A stretch of DNA of 63,344 bases from the IMG/VR virus record IMGVR_UViG_3300037200_000212, positions 1-63,344 of that record. One strand, 5' to 3'. This document shows, piece by piece, positions 1 through 10,531 of this stretch. The position numbers and the translations under genes were made by a program. This stretch comes from a virus. Lineage: Duplodnaviria; Caudoviricetes. The stretch's first letter is position 1. Each line of letters opens with the position of its first letter. The notes beneath the pieces were generated by a model. It searched no databases and was not told where the DNA came from. It saw only the letters and a list, made by a program, of their open reading frames with translations.

Positions 1-89
1 CATCTGTTCAAGTTACGACTTTGAATAGCACTATTTCTGTTTCAACAGATGGTGGAAAATCACTCCAAGAAACATACAATCACTTGTAA
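1..89 (+). CDS. 3' end of an upstream virion-module gene (partial)
   Basis: Open frame from nt 3 (SVQVTTLNSTISVSTDGGKSLQETYNHL) ending TAA at 87-89, followed by GAGGA RBS of the next gene. Confidence 0.45.
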   Translation, partial: SVQVTTLNSTISVSTDGGKSLQETYNHL

Positions 90-107
90 GATTAGAGGAT
101 TAATAAA

Positions 108-749
108 ATGCACGAGAAGTTAATGAAAATGATGGCTAAAAAGAGAGATCTTTCCCCATCAGAGAAAAAAGCTAAAATGGATGCCGTTCACGAAATGCGC
201 GGTGCTGCTTCTGAAATGATGGGCGATAAAATGGATGGCCTGAAAAAGGTATCTGTTATGTCCAATAGTAAACAAGGTTTAGCTGCTGGTTTAGACAAAG
301 CTAAAGGAATTGTTTCTCAAGATCAAGAAGGTCAGATGCAAACAAATGCTGAAGCACCTTATAGTGATTATAAATCGGCTCTTGATGAACATAATGGAGA
401 AGATCAATCTGATGAATTAGGTAGAGAATTGCCTGGTATGGCTGATGGTGGACAAGTCCCCATGGATCCAAATCAAGCACAATCTGCTCAAGATTCCATG
501 AGACAAGCTTTTCATTTTAATGAAGGCGGAGAAGTTGAATCTCCTGATATGGATCAATCTGATGAAGGTTATTCTGCAAGAGAAGAATCTGATGATTCTG
601 AAGATATGAGTCCTGCTTCTGATTCAGATAGTAGTGATTTAGATCATAATGAAGATTCATCTGAAGATGAAATGAGTTCAGAAGAACTTGATGCTCAACT
701 TGCAAAACTCATGAAAATGAAACAAAAGATGGAATCTAAAAGATCCTAA
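108..749 (+). CDS. Acidic, low-complexity virion-associated protein
   Basis: 213 aa, D/E/S-rich C-half; carries MADGGQV and FNEGGEV motifs shared with ejection proteins; RBS GAGGA. Confidence 0.55.
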   Translation: MHEKLMKMMAKKRDLSPSEKKAKMDAVHEMRGAASEMMGDKMDGLKKVSVMSNSKQGLAAGLDKAKGIVSQDQEGQMQTNAEAPYSDYKSALDEHNGEDQSDELGRELPGMADGGQVPMDPNQAQSAQDSMRQAFHFNEGGEVESPDMDQSDEGYSAREESDDSEDMSPASDSDSSDLDHNEDSSEDEMSSEELDAQLAKLMKMKQKMESKRS

Positions 750-783
750 TAAAGTTAACTATAAATTTTTATAATTAACTTTA
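750..783. repeat. AT-rich imperfect palindrome (possible terminator or protein-binding site)
   Basis: TAAAGTTAACTATAAA (750-765) / TTTATAATTAACTTTA (768-783), one mismatch, in the intergenic gap. Confidence 0.45.
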
Positions 784-805
784 AACTTTTAAGAGGATTT
801 TATAG

Positions 806-2458
806 ATGGGAACCCCCTGGTATACATCTGATGATTTAATAGCTGCTGTAAAGAGAAAGATCTCTTTTCCAGTTAGTCAAGTTACATTTACAAATAATGA
901 TATTTTATCGTTTGCGAACGAAGAGATGTTTATTGCTCAAGTTCCAAGTGTACTTCTTTATCATGAAGAGTATTTTGTAACCTATAAAGTCATGCCATTA
1001 CAAACCAATTTAAATATTTATCCCATACCCAATCGTGCAACGGGTATGAAATTACGTGATTTATTTTGGCAAGATCAAAATGGGAATCTTTTTGAAATGA
1101 CTCGTATTGAAGAGCATGACAAAGCATTCTATCAAATGAATGGTGGATCTAATCAAGCAATTCATACATTTTATGTTCAAGGTAATGATGTTGTATTGAC
1201 TCCAGGCGTGGTTAATAGTCCTACTGGAAGTCTTGTATTCGTATTCTTTTTAAGACCAAATCAATTAGTTAAAAATGATCGAGCTGCTATTATTCAATCA
1301 TTTGGACAAAATATCCAAATAAACAATAGTTTAATTAATCCACTAGATACTTTGACTATTAATCTGAATCCCTCATATGTTGACACTTTTCCATTTAATA
1401 GTGTTCCCAACGAATTAATATTAAATCCTAGATTTCTCAATGCTCCTATTTACACTGCAGTAAATACATTGGGTGGAACTATCACTGCGATAACTTCTTA
1501 TTCTCAAGATCAAACTCAAGTAACATCTGCTGGACATCAACTTACTTCTGGTCAAGCAGTAGTAATAAGTGGTAGTAATTCCAATCCAATAATCGATGGA
1601 ACTTATCAAATTCAGGTTATAGATGCTAATAATTTCATAATTCCATATTCTATATTAGTTCCTGGAACAGCTGGAACTTTTACTTCGCCTAATCAATTTA
1701 TGATTGGTGTGGACAATACTACAACAGCTGCTAGTTTATCAGCAGCAATTAATGCAACTTCCACTCTTTCTTTTTACACAAATCAATCTGGATCCATAAT
1801 ATCTGCTGCGGCAAGTACAAATTTAATTACTTTGCAATTTAGTAATATTTTTACAATGATAACAACATCAAATATTTATGGATTTATAATACCTTCAAAA
1901 TCCATGCAAATAAACTTTCAATCTCTTCCATCAACTTATACTGATAGTGAAACCAATATTAGTGGTCCATTATTTGTTAATAATACACTTATTGATTTTC
2001 TTCAAACAGAACCTGGTCATAAAATCTATCTTTATGATATTATAATTCCGAACACTGGAATAAGTGGAACTACTATAACATTTCCAATACATTCATTACT
2101 TGTTCCGACTGGAACTGTTAATAATGTTGGAATAAATCCGGCTATTAATATTGGTTCAACGGTACAACTTACACTTGCTAATTTAAAAGTTGGGGACTAT
2201 ATTTGTCTCGCAAATGAATCAATTATACCCTATATCCCACCGGATTTGCATAATGGATTGGCTGAAAGAACATCCGCTCGAATTTTAGCGGCTCTTGGTG
2301 ATCAAGCTGGACTTCAGACTGCAAATGCAAAAATTGCTGAAATAGAACAAAGGCAAGGTAATCTTTTGGACAATAGATCTGAAGGAACTCCTCAAAAAGT
2401 CGTTAATCGTCATTCGATGATGCGCTATGGTAAAATGGGCATAACTAGGAGGGTTTAA
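806..2458 (+). CDS. Podovirus head-tail adaptor-like protein with inserted beta-rich domains
   Basis: Helical N-terminus (DLIAAVKRK...ILSFANEE) and C-terminus (IPPDLHNGLAERTSARIL) typical of adaptors, flanking T/S/N-rich beta inserts; directly upstream of nozzle-like gene. Confidence 0.55.
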   Translation: MGTPWYTSDDLIAAVKRKISFPVSQVTFTNNDILSFANEEMFIAQVPSVLLYHEEYFVTYKVMPLQTNLNIYPIPNRATGMKLRDLFWQDQNGNLFEMTRIEEHDKAFYQMNGGSNQAIHTFYVQGNDVVLTPGVVNSPTGSLVFVFFLRPNQLVKNDRAAIIQSFGQNIQINNSLINPLDTLTINLNPSYVDTFPFNSVPNELILNPRFLNAPIYTAVNTLGGTITAITSYSQDQTQVTSAGHQLTSGQAVVISGSNSNPIIDGTYQIQVIDANNFIIPYSILVPGTAGTFTSPNQFMIGVDNTTTAASLSAAINATSTLSFYTNQSGSIISAAASTNLITLQFSNIFTMITTSNIYGFIIPSKSMQINFQSLPSTYTDSETNISGPLFVNNTLIDFLQTEPGHKIYLYDIIIPNTGISGTTITFPIHSLLVPTGTVNNVGINPAINIGSTVQLTLANLKVGDYICLANESIIPYIPPDLHNGLAERTSARILAALGDQAGLQTANAKIAEIEQRQGNLLDNRSEGTPQKVVNRHSMMRYGKMGITRRV

Positions 2459-5400
2459 ATGTCTGCAGATATAACCCTTAAAGCTATAGGCCTAAATACT
2501 CAACCAAATCAATTAGATCCTCAAAGTGTTCCTCCTGGAAGTCTTTTAGAAGCTTCCAATGTCATAATTCGTCGAGATAATGTAATAGAATCTCGTAGGG
2601 GATATAAATTATACGGAACTCCTTTTGGCACATCAACTGATCGTGCTAAACAATTAATGACATATAAAGATAGAATTATTAGACATTTTTCTGATGAATT
2701 GCAATATGATACTCTGCAATTAAATAGTCTTGGTCAATCTATTTTTGATACTTTTTGTGGAACCTATTTGGAACCACAAGTTGGTAGAAGAATTAGATAT
2801 ATCGAATCCAATGGTAATTTGTATTTTACAACTTCAGCTGGTGTTCAAGTAATATCTGCTAAAACAGCTGCTGATTTTACGACTGCATGTCCTTTTATTC
2901 AACAAGCTGGTGGAATAGCTGCTCTTGATTTATCCGCAAGACTTGATATTATTTTAGGAAATGAAAGTGGATTTTTACCCCAAGATAGTGCGGTTTCATA
3001 TAGACAAGTTTGGGGATTTAATGATGCAAATGGTAATGAAGTCTTAGGCGCTCCAAGTCAAAGTGTTACAATATTTAATCCCTTAATTAATTTGGAATTA
3101 TTAGATTTTAATAATTTACTCATTCAATTAGATAATGTTTCTAATGCAACTCCAGTCAGTTTAATAAATGATGCTAATTATTATGCATTGCTAAATTTAC
3201 CTCAAAATGCTTCTCCACAAGAACTATTGACAAATCTTATTTCATTATCAGCTAAAATTGATAATGACATATTATATGCAGATCAAGTAGCAGTAGCTCC
3301 ATTACAAATTGATGGAGCGGCTATAAATGGTACTGTAGCTACAATGAATTTTAGTTCTGGAGATCCATCACAATATTTCATCAGTGGTGATGATATAAAT
3401 TTAGCTGGATTTACAACAAGTGTGGGAACAATAAATGGTGAACAAACTATTTCAACATTATTTCCTGCTTTTGCAACAACTGGAACTACTACGACTGGTG
3501 CTTTTCAAACTACCCAAGTAACTACTGTTGCTGATGTTAGTAATAGTCTTGCTGGTACATATTTTACTATCAATAGTGCAAATAATGTAACACAATATTA
3601 CGTTTGGTATAGTGTTAGTGGTAATGGATTTGCTCCACCTTTATCTGGTTTTACTGGAATACAAGTTAACATAGCTACCAATGATACAGCAGCCACTGTT
3701 GCATTAAATACTGGAGTTGCAATAACTGCAATAGCTGGTAGTGATTTTACAACTGGTGTATTATCTAATGTATTAACCATAACGAATTCGGCACAAGGAG
3801 CAGCAACTCCTGCTACTCCAGCTACATCTGGTTTTGCAATAGTTACAACTCTTGGTGGTGTGGCTGGTAATGTTATTACTGCTATTGCAAACATCAATGG
3901 AATAAATGTTGGTGCTTTCATTTATGGCGGAGGAATACCAATAGGTTCATATGTAACTAATATTGGTATTGGAACTATTACCATAAGTAATGACGTCACT
4001 TCTAATAATGTTAATGAACCTTTAACTTTTGATGCTGGTTTTAATTTTAATATTTCAGCAACACCTGCTACAACTACAAGTCCGGCAGTTCCTTTGGCTG
4101 TTGGTCCTGTCATAACATTAAATGCAACTATAAATAGCTTTAATTATGAATCTATAACTCAACCTGCTGTTCCAGGAACCCCCGCTGCAGATCAAGAATT
4201 AGTTGCCCTTCAAACATATTTACAAGCAATTATAACTCAATTACAATCAGAACCTTCTACTGGAACTCCACCAGTTATTTCAACAGCATCTCAAGCAGCC
4301 TTCATAACTCCTTTACAACTTACAACTACTGCAAATGTATTTTTAACATTTACAATTCCTGCTGGAGTCACTACTTCTGATTTTTATCAAATTTATAGAT
4401 CACAAATAGTATCAGCCACGGGTGCATCTTCAATTCAAGATATAGCTCCAAATGATGAATTACAACTTGTATTTGAAGGATTTCCAACAGCAGCACAAAT
4501 AGCTGCTGGAACAATCACTGTATTAGATATTACCCCTCAAAGTTTTGCTGGAGCCTTTTTATACACAAATGCAACAACTGGAGAAGGAATTTTACAAGCA
4601 AATGATACTCCTCCTTTTGCACTAGATATTAATAAATTTAAAAACGTATTATTTTATGCCAATACAGCAACAAAATTTCAACAGTTAATAAATCTTCTTG
4701 GTCTTAGCAATATTATCTCAGATTTTAATAATTTAATCGTTTCTACTATTACAAATATTAGTGTGGGAAATCCAACAACAATTACAACTTCTACTCCTCA
4801 TGGTCTTGTTACTGGAGATATAGTATCAATATTAGAAAGTAACTCAACTCCAAGTGTTAATGGTTCGTGGACTGTTACAGTCACTGGAGCGAATACATTT
4901 ACCATTCCAGTAGACGTTACTGTTGCAGGTAATACTGGAACAGTATATAGTGGATTTCCTTCTATTACAATCACTAATGGTATAACTTCTAGTACTTATA
5001 CATTCGTTTTAGGAGTCAATCAAGTAATAAATGTAGCAACAGTTGCTGATGTGGCTGGAAGTTTAGCCGGAAAATATTTCACTCTTTGGGATGCAAATAA
5101 TGCAGTAGAATATTATGTTTGGTATATTGTAAGTGGAGTTGGAACTGATCCTGCTCCAGCTGGTATGACTGGAATTCCTGTAAATATCAATACAAACGAT
5201 AGTGCAAATACTGTAGCATTAAAAACTTCAAATACTCTTAATGTTTATAGTTTTGATTTTGTTGCAACTTCTTCTACAAATAATGTAATGATAACAAATG
5301 CAAATGAAGGTATAGCTAATGATCCAACTCCCGGAACTTCTGGATTTACTACAACTGTTGTAACTCCTGGAAATGGTGCAAATCCTGCTCTAAATCAAAT

Positions 5401-8149
5401 ATTATTATCCAATTTAGTAAGTCCAGCACAAGCTGTTGATCAAGCAGCTCGAAGTTTAGTTAATATCATTAATAGTAATCCGAATGAAAGCGTTTATGCA
5501 TTTTATATTACCGGTGTAAATGGTGTTCCGGGACAAATAGAACTTCAATCTAGAGATTTAAGTACACTTCCATTTTATATTTTAGCAAATGATGCTAATG
5601 TTGGTTCTTCATTTAGTCCAAGTATAAGTCCACAAGGATTTATAACTAATATTTCTGTTGCAACTCAAGCTGTAGTAACAACTGCAACTATTAACGGATT
5701 AATAAGTGGCGAACAAGTAGTAATATCTGGAAGTAATTCAACACCAAGTATTGATGGATTATATACCATAACGGTTTTAAGTCCTACAACATTTTCTATT
5801 CCTGTTACAACAACTATTGCAGGAAATTCAGGAGCTTATAGTCCGGCACTAGATACTCTAACTGCAACACAAAATGGTCAAGAAAATAGAATATATTATT
5901 CTAAATTATTACAACCAGAAGCAGTTCCGGCTGTTAATTTTATTGATGTAGGCGCACAGGACAAAGCTATATTAAGAATATTCCCAATGATTGATAGCTT
6001 ATTCGTTTATAAAGAAGATGGATTATATAGGATATCTGGCGAAGTTGCGCCATTTAATTTAGCATTATTTGATACGAGTTGCATTCTTTTAGCCCCAGAT
6101 TCATTAGACATTTCTAATAATCTAATTTATGGATGGACTAGACAAGGAGTGCAAACTACTTCTGAATCGGGTGTAATAACTATTTCTCGCCCAATAGATG
6201 TTGATATATTGCCTCTTGCAACAACTCAATATGCGAATTTTAAAGCCGCTACTTGGGGTATTGGTTATGAATCTGATAATTCATATACTGTTTATACTGT
6301 TCAAGCAACGGATGATTTATACGCAACCATTGCTTATAGATACTCTACTTTAACTAATACCTGGACTACTTTTGCAAAAACTGATAATTGCGGTGTTATT
6401 AATTTTATTGATGATACTCAATATTTAGGCGCTGGTGATGTTAATTTTCTTGAAATGGAAAGAAAGAATTTTAATAGAACTGATTATGCAGATAGAGAAT
6501 TTGCGGAACAATTGACAATAAATAGTTATTTTGGAACTCAAATTCAATTATCTGATATTAGTAATATCGCAATCGGTGATGTTATAACTCAAGATCAGCA
6601 AGTTTCAATATATACATTCAACAACTTGTTAGAAAAACTTGACACTGATGTATTTTTAAGTCCTCATACGTACGTATTAAATAATACTTTTCTTCCGGGT
6701 GCAGATCCTAGATTACAACTCGATCAACTTATAACTCAAATTGCAAATGATCCTGGTAGACTTTCACAAGGTGGTCATTTACCCCCATCTTCTTATACAC
6801 AATGGGAAACCATATCAGGTAGTTTTGATATAATTAATATTGCAGCTGGAGATCCTACGGTTATAACTACTGGAAGTCCAAATGGCTTAGAAACCGGAAG
6901 AATAATAACAATAACTGGAAGTAATTCTTTACCAATTATTGATGGTACTTATCCAGTAACAGTTTTAAGTCCCACCACTTTTACAATACCATTTGCTGTT
7001 ACACAAGCTGGAATTCCATTACTAGCTCAAAATAGTGGTGCACAAACTACCCATAATTTATTGACTAATTCCGTTGGAAGTAATCTAATAGCTCAAAATT
7101 TTATTCCTGCTGATACTGATATCGTAGATCAAGCGACATTTAGTCTTTCCTATGATACAAATCCTTTAACAGGAACTGCTGTTGCCGTATTATATTCTGA
7201 TGTTGCTGGAAGTCCTGGTGTTATTTTAGATACAAGTACCCCTTTAAATTTATCAACGCTTACAGCTTCTCCAGCCAATTATATGTTTACTTTTACTGGT
7301 GGAGTTGTTGTAGATGCTGAAACTGTTTATCATATCGCATTAAATACTTCTTCTGCAGTATTAGGAAGTAGTAATGGTGTTGACATTTATGAATCAGCTC
7401 CAAACGGAATTTATACTTCAGTTCAAATTTACAATGGAACTAATTGGATTACAACTTCTGGAAAAGCTATAATATTTAGTTTAAATTCTAATAGTGTTGG
7501 AAGTTTTTCTGTAAATAATGAAGATTTTGAAGATATTTTAGCTTCATATAATGGATTAATTAATACATTGAATGATGATAATGGAATTCAATTTGCAAAT
7601 TATAATACGATAACAAATGATACATTGCAAGAAGCATTGGTAACAGCTACTAATAGTCTAAATCATCGAATTACTTTAAATAATGCTTTGCCTTTTATGA
7701 TTGGTCCTTTGACTTTGTATAAAGCTATAGATAGTGAAGTTACTTGGTCTCCTGTTACATTTAATGATCCATTGATGATTAAACATGTTAGGGAAGCTCA
7801 GCTGTTATTTGAAAATCGTGCATTTACAAATGCAACATTAAGTTTTTCAACTGATCTATTGCCTGGATTTATTAACATTCCTTTCTTGGGAACTGGTAAT
7901 GGAATATTCGGTTACACTGGAATACCAGCATCAGTTAATGGAATTCCTGGTCCGACTGGATTTGGATATGGATATTTTGGAGGAGCATCAGATTCTACTC
8001 CATTTAGAACATATATTCCATCTCAAGCTCAAAGATGCAGATTCTTAAATGTTAAATTTAATCATACAGCAGCTAGAGAACAATATGCAATATTTGGTTT
8101 AACATTGACTCAAAATGATGGTGCTCAATCTAGTAGAGGTTATAGATAA
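2459..8149 (+). CDS. Large tail nozzle / tail tubular B (P22 gp10-like) protein with repeated inserted domains
   Basis: 1896 aa; N-terminal GLNTQ...A.NV..RD...SRRG and internal NRIYYSK...LFVYKEDGLYRI beta-propeller-like segments of nozzle proteins; internal repeats. Confidence 0.6.
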   Translation: MSADITLKAIGLNTQPNQLDPQSVPPGSLLEASNVIIRRDNVIESRRGYKLYGTPFGTSTDRAKQLMTYKDRIIRHFSDELQYDTLQLNSLGQSIFDTFCGTYLEPQVGRRIRYIESNGNLYFTTSAGVQVISAKTAADFTTACPFIQQAGGIAALDLSARLDIILGNESGFLPQDSAVSYRQVWGFNDANGNEVLGAPSQSVTIFNPLINLELLDFNNLLIQLDNVSNATPVSLINDANYYALLNLPQNASPQELLTNLISLSAKIDNDILYADQVAVAPLQIDGAAINGTVATMNFSSGDPSQYFISGDDINLAGFTTSVGTINGEQTISTLFPAFATTGTTTTGAFQTTQVTTVADVSNSLAGTYFTINSANNVTQYYVWYSVSGNGFAPPLSGFTGIQVNIATNDTAATVALNTGVAITAIAGSDFTTGVLSNVLTITNSAQGAATPATPATSGFAIVTTLGGVAGNVITAIANINGINVGAFIYGGGIPIGSYVTNIGIGTITISNDVTSNNVNEPLTFDAGFNFNISATPATTTSPAVPLAVGPVITLNATINSFNYESITQPAVPGTPAADQELVALQTYLQAIITQLQSEPSTGTPPVISTASQAAFITPLQLTTTANVFLTFTIPAGVTTSDFYQIYRSQIVSATGASSIQDIAPNDELQLVFEGFPTAAQIAAGTITVLDITPQSFAGAFLYTNATTGEGILQANDTPPFALDINKFKNVLFYANTATKFQQLINLLGLSNIISDFNNLIVSTITNISVGNPTTITTSTPHGLVTGDIVSILESNSTPSVNGSWTVTVTGANTFTIPVDVTVAGNTGTVYSGFPSITITNGITSSTYTFVLGVNQVINVATVADVAGSLAGKYFTLWDANNAVEYYVWYIVSGVGTDPAPAGMTGIPVNINTNDSANTVALKTSNTLNVYSFDFVATSSTNNVMITNANEGIANDPTPGTSGFTTTVVTPGNGANPALNQILLSNLVSPAQAVDQAARSLVNIINSNPNESVYAFYITGVNGVPGQIELQSRDLSTLPFYILANDANVGSSFSPSISPQGFITNISVATQAVVTTATINGLISGEQVVISGSNSTPSIDGLYTITVLSPTTFSIPVTTTIAGNSGAYSPALDTLTATQNGQENRIYYSKLLQPEAVPAVNFIDVGAQDKAILRIFPMIDSLFVYKEDGLYRISGEVAPFNLALFDTSCILLAPDSLDISNNLIYGWTRQGVQTTSESGVITISRPIDVDILPLATTQYANFKAATWGIGYESDNSYTVYTVQATDDLYATIAYRYSTLTNTWTTFAKTDNCGVINFIDDTQYLGAGDVNFLEMERKNFNRTDYADREFAEQLTINSYFGTQIQLSDISNIAIGDVITQDQQVSIYTFNNLLEKLDTDVFLSPHTYVLNNTFLPGADPRLQLDQLITQIANDPGRLSQGGHLPPSSYTQWETISGSFDIINIAAGDPTVITTGSPNGLETGRIITITGSNSLPIIDGTYPVTVLSPTTFTIPFAVTQAGIPLLAQNSGAQTTHNLLTNSVGSNLIAQNFIPADTDIVDQATFSLSYDTNPLTGTAVAVLYSDVAGSPGVILDTSTPLNLSTLTASPANYMFTFTGGVVVDAETVYHIALNTSSAVLGSSNGVDIYESAPNGIYTSVQIYNGTNWITTSGKAIIFSLNSNSVGSFSVNNEDFEDILASYNGLINTLNDDNGIQFANYNTITNDTLQEALVTATNSLNHRITLNNALPFMIGPLTLYKAIDSEVTWSPVTFNDPLMIKHVREAQLLFENRAFTNATLSFSTDLLPGFINIPFLGTGNGIFGYTGIPASVNGIPGPTGFGYGYFGGASDSTPFRTYIPSQAQRCRFLNVKFNHTAAREQYAIFGLTLTQNDGAQSSRGYR

Positions 8150-8565
8150 TGGCTCTTTTACCTTCATTTAGAAGATTAATGTCCCAGAATTTTGAGAAGC
8201 AATATCAAAATCTTATCAATACTCTTTCATTATCTTTAAATAATGGAATTCAAGTATTATATGATGCTTTGAATAATGGACTAACATTCCAAGATAATTT
8301 TGAGGCAACAATTGCCGATGTTACTTTGCAGGTAGATTCTACTGGAAAGCCAATACAAGGTGGAACTTTTACTTTGACTTTCACTTCCAATGTAGAAGGT
8401 GTATTTGTAATTATGGTTACAAATGTAAACAATCCAACTACTTATCCAACAGGCGCAGTGCAAGTATTTGGTCAACAAAGTAGTCAAACATATATCATCA
8501 ATAATGTCACGGGGTTACAGCCTAATACTTCATATAAGATTCGAATAGTAGCATTAGGATCATAA
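8149..8565 (+). CDS. Virion-associated hypothetical protein
   Basis: 138 aa, TAATG-coupled to the nozzle gene, beta-rich C-half. Confidence 0.5.
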   Translation: MALLPSFRRLMSQNFEKQYQNLINTLSLSLNNGIQVLYDALNNGLTFQDNFEATIADVTLQVDSTGKPIQGGTFTLTFTSNVEGVFVIMVTNVNNPTTYPTGAVQVFGQQSSQTYIINNVTGLQPNTSYKIRIVALGS

Positions 8566-8567
8566 AT

Positions 8568-8577
8568 TAACAACTAT
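8568..8577 (+). promoter_or_regulatory. Putative phage late-promoter motif TAACAACTAT
   Basis: Exact 10-mer in the gap before the ejection-protein operon; recurs at 55028, 60175 and (reverse) 60134. Confidence 0.55.
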
Positions 8578-8601
8578 ATAGTGAGAATATAAAGGTTTTT
8601 A

Positions 8602-10191
8602 ATGGCACAAACGATTCAAAGTTCTGATTTAGGTAATGATCAGCAGAACCAATTAAATCAACAAAGCCAAGGAAATCAGCAACAAGCTGGTCAGGGCGGA
8701 GCTACACCCACTTCTGGATCTACCGGATCAACCGGTAATGGTACTTCTGGTGGTAATAAATCAGCTTCTGGTGCAGAAAATCAAGCCCCAGGTGGTTATC
8801 AACAACAAACCGGTCAACCTCAACAACAATCAACTGTTACCAGTTATAATCCAAATACTCAACAAGGTTCTGGATATACAAATATTCAAAGTGTATTAAA
8901 TGCTAATAAGAATAATCAACTAGGTCAAACTGTTGGTAGTGGTATTCAGGGACAAACCAATCAGGCCCAACAAAATTTAAATCAATCTCAACAACAATTT
9001 AATCAACAAACAGCTGCAAATCAGGCTAATACTCAAGGTAATAGTCAACTCGTTCAAAATGTATTGGGTAACACTGCTCAGTATGCACCAGGTGGTGCTA
9101 ATCAATCTCAAGGACAACAGTTCCAACAATTGATGAGTGGACAATATGCGGGTCCAACACAATTAACTAATGCGCAACAAATTCAAAATCAAGCACAAAA
9201 TGTTAAACAACTTGGACAAGCTACTGGTAGTCAAGCTGGACAAATAGGTTTATTGCAACAATTTGTCGGAAGTCCTCAATACACTCAAGGTCAACAAAGT
9301 TTAGATCAATTATTATTAGGACAAACTGGTCAGCCCCAATTAGCTAATGCTAGACGAAGTGCTTTGCAATTACAAGGTCAAGTTGGTGGTGCTCTTGCTG
9401 GTGCTCAAGCTACGGGTCAACAACAACAAGCACAAGCTGCTAATTTTGGACAAAACGTTCAACAACAATTTGGTAATACTGTTGCAGGAATTAATACTGG
9501 TTTGCAACAACAAGCTCAACAACAACAAGCTGGAGCCAATGCTGCTTATCAACAAGCTGTAAGTGGAATTCAATCTGGGAATATTACTCCCCAACAAGCA
9601 GCGCTATTAGGTTTAACTCAAGGTGAACAAGTAACTGGAAATGCATTACAAAATGTTGGACAATATCTAACGCAAAATCCTAATCAAGCAACTGCACAAA
9701 ATGTTGCTTCTGCACAAAATTATGCACAACTTGATGCTTTAAGACAACTTGGTGGTACTTATACTCCTTCTGCAGCTCAAAACGTATTACAACAATATTC
9801 TGGTCAAGATCAAAATGCTAACCAGTTTCAAAATCAACAACAAATTACTGGCAATACTACTGGGTTTAATACAGCTAATCAAGGACAAATTGCAAATTAT
9901 AATTCATTAGTAAATCCTGCACAAGCTACTTTATCAGCTGCACAATCTAATTTAGCACAATTACAAGCTGCTGGAGCTTCTGCAAATGGTGGTGGTTCTG
10001 GTCCAAATATTGGTAATTTGATAAGACAAGCTGAAATTGGTGGATACCAACAACAAGTTGGTAACGATCAAACTGCTTATAATAATGCATTAGCTGCTGC
10101 AAATGCTGCAACAGGTGGATTACAAACAATTAATATTACTCCACAACAAGCTGCTCTTCAACAAATTGCTCAAAACCAGGGGAATTCATAA
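8602..10191 (+). CDS. Q/N/G-rich internal virion (ejection) protein
   Basis: 529 aa, extreme Gln/Gly/Ala bias with very few charged residues; lies after tail genes. Confidence 0.55.
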   Translation: MAQTIQSSDLGNDQQNQLNQQSQGNQQQAGQGGATPTSGSTGSTGNGTSGGNKSASGAENQAPGGYQQQTGQPQQQSTVTSYNPNTQQGSGYTNIQSVLNANKNNQLGQTVGSGIQGQTNQAQQNLNQSQQQFNQQTAANQANTQGNSQLVQNVLGNTAQYAPGGANQSQGQQFQQLMSGQYAGPTQLTNAQQIQNQAQNVKQLGQATGSQAGQIGLLQQFVGSPQYTQGQQSLDQLLLGQTGQPQLANARRSALQLQGQVGGALAGAQATGQQQQAQAANFGQNVQQQFGNTVAGINTGLQQQAQQQQAGANAAYQQAVSGIQSGNITPQQAALLGLTQGEQVTGNALQNVGQYLTQNPNQATAQNVASAQNYAQLDALRQLGGTYTPSAAQNVLQQYSGQDQNANQFQNQQQITGNTTGFNTANQGQIANYNSLVNPAQATLSAAQSNLAQLQAAGASANGGGSGPNIGNLIRQAEIGGYQQQVGNDQTAYNNALAAANAATGGLQTINITPQQAALQQIAQNQGNS

Positions 10192-10517
10192 TGTCTCTTT
10201 ATGGTCAATTTATTAAAGAAAGACTTAATAAAGAAATCATTGAAACTGAAAAGGGTTTTGTTACATATTATTTTATTGATGAAGGTTGTTATGCAGATGA
10301 TGTATATGTTTTGCCAGAATATAGAAGATCTAAAGAATCTTTTAATCTTGGTAAACAGGTAGAAGACATTGCAAGACAAAAAGGTTGTAAGAAATTATAT
10401 AGTTCCGTAGTACCTTCTACACCTAATTCAACGTTAAATCTTATGGGTTTAATTAAATTTGGATTTCGTTTAGATAGTACAGCTAATAATTTTATTTTAG
10501 TAGTTAAAGATTTATAA
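10191..10517 (+). CDS. GNAT-family acetyltransferase
   Basis: DVYVLPEYRRSK..F.LG acetyl-CoA-binding motif, C-terminal KFGF; sits among ejection genes as is common in podoviruses. Confidence 0.7.
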   Translation: MSLYGQFIKERLNKEIIETEKGFVTYYFIDEGCYADDVYVLPEYRRSKESFNLGKQVEDIARQKGCKKLYSSVVPSTPNSTLNLMGLIKFGFRLDSTANNFILVVKDL

Positions 10518-10531
10518 GAAGGAAATATATC

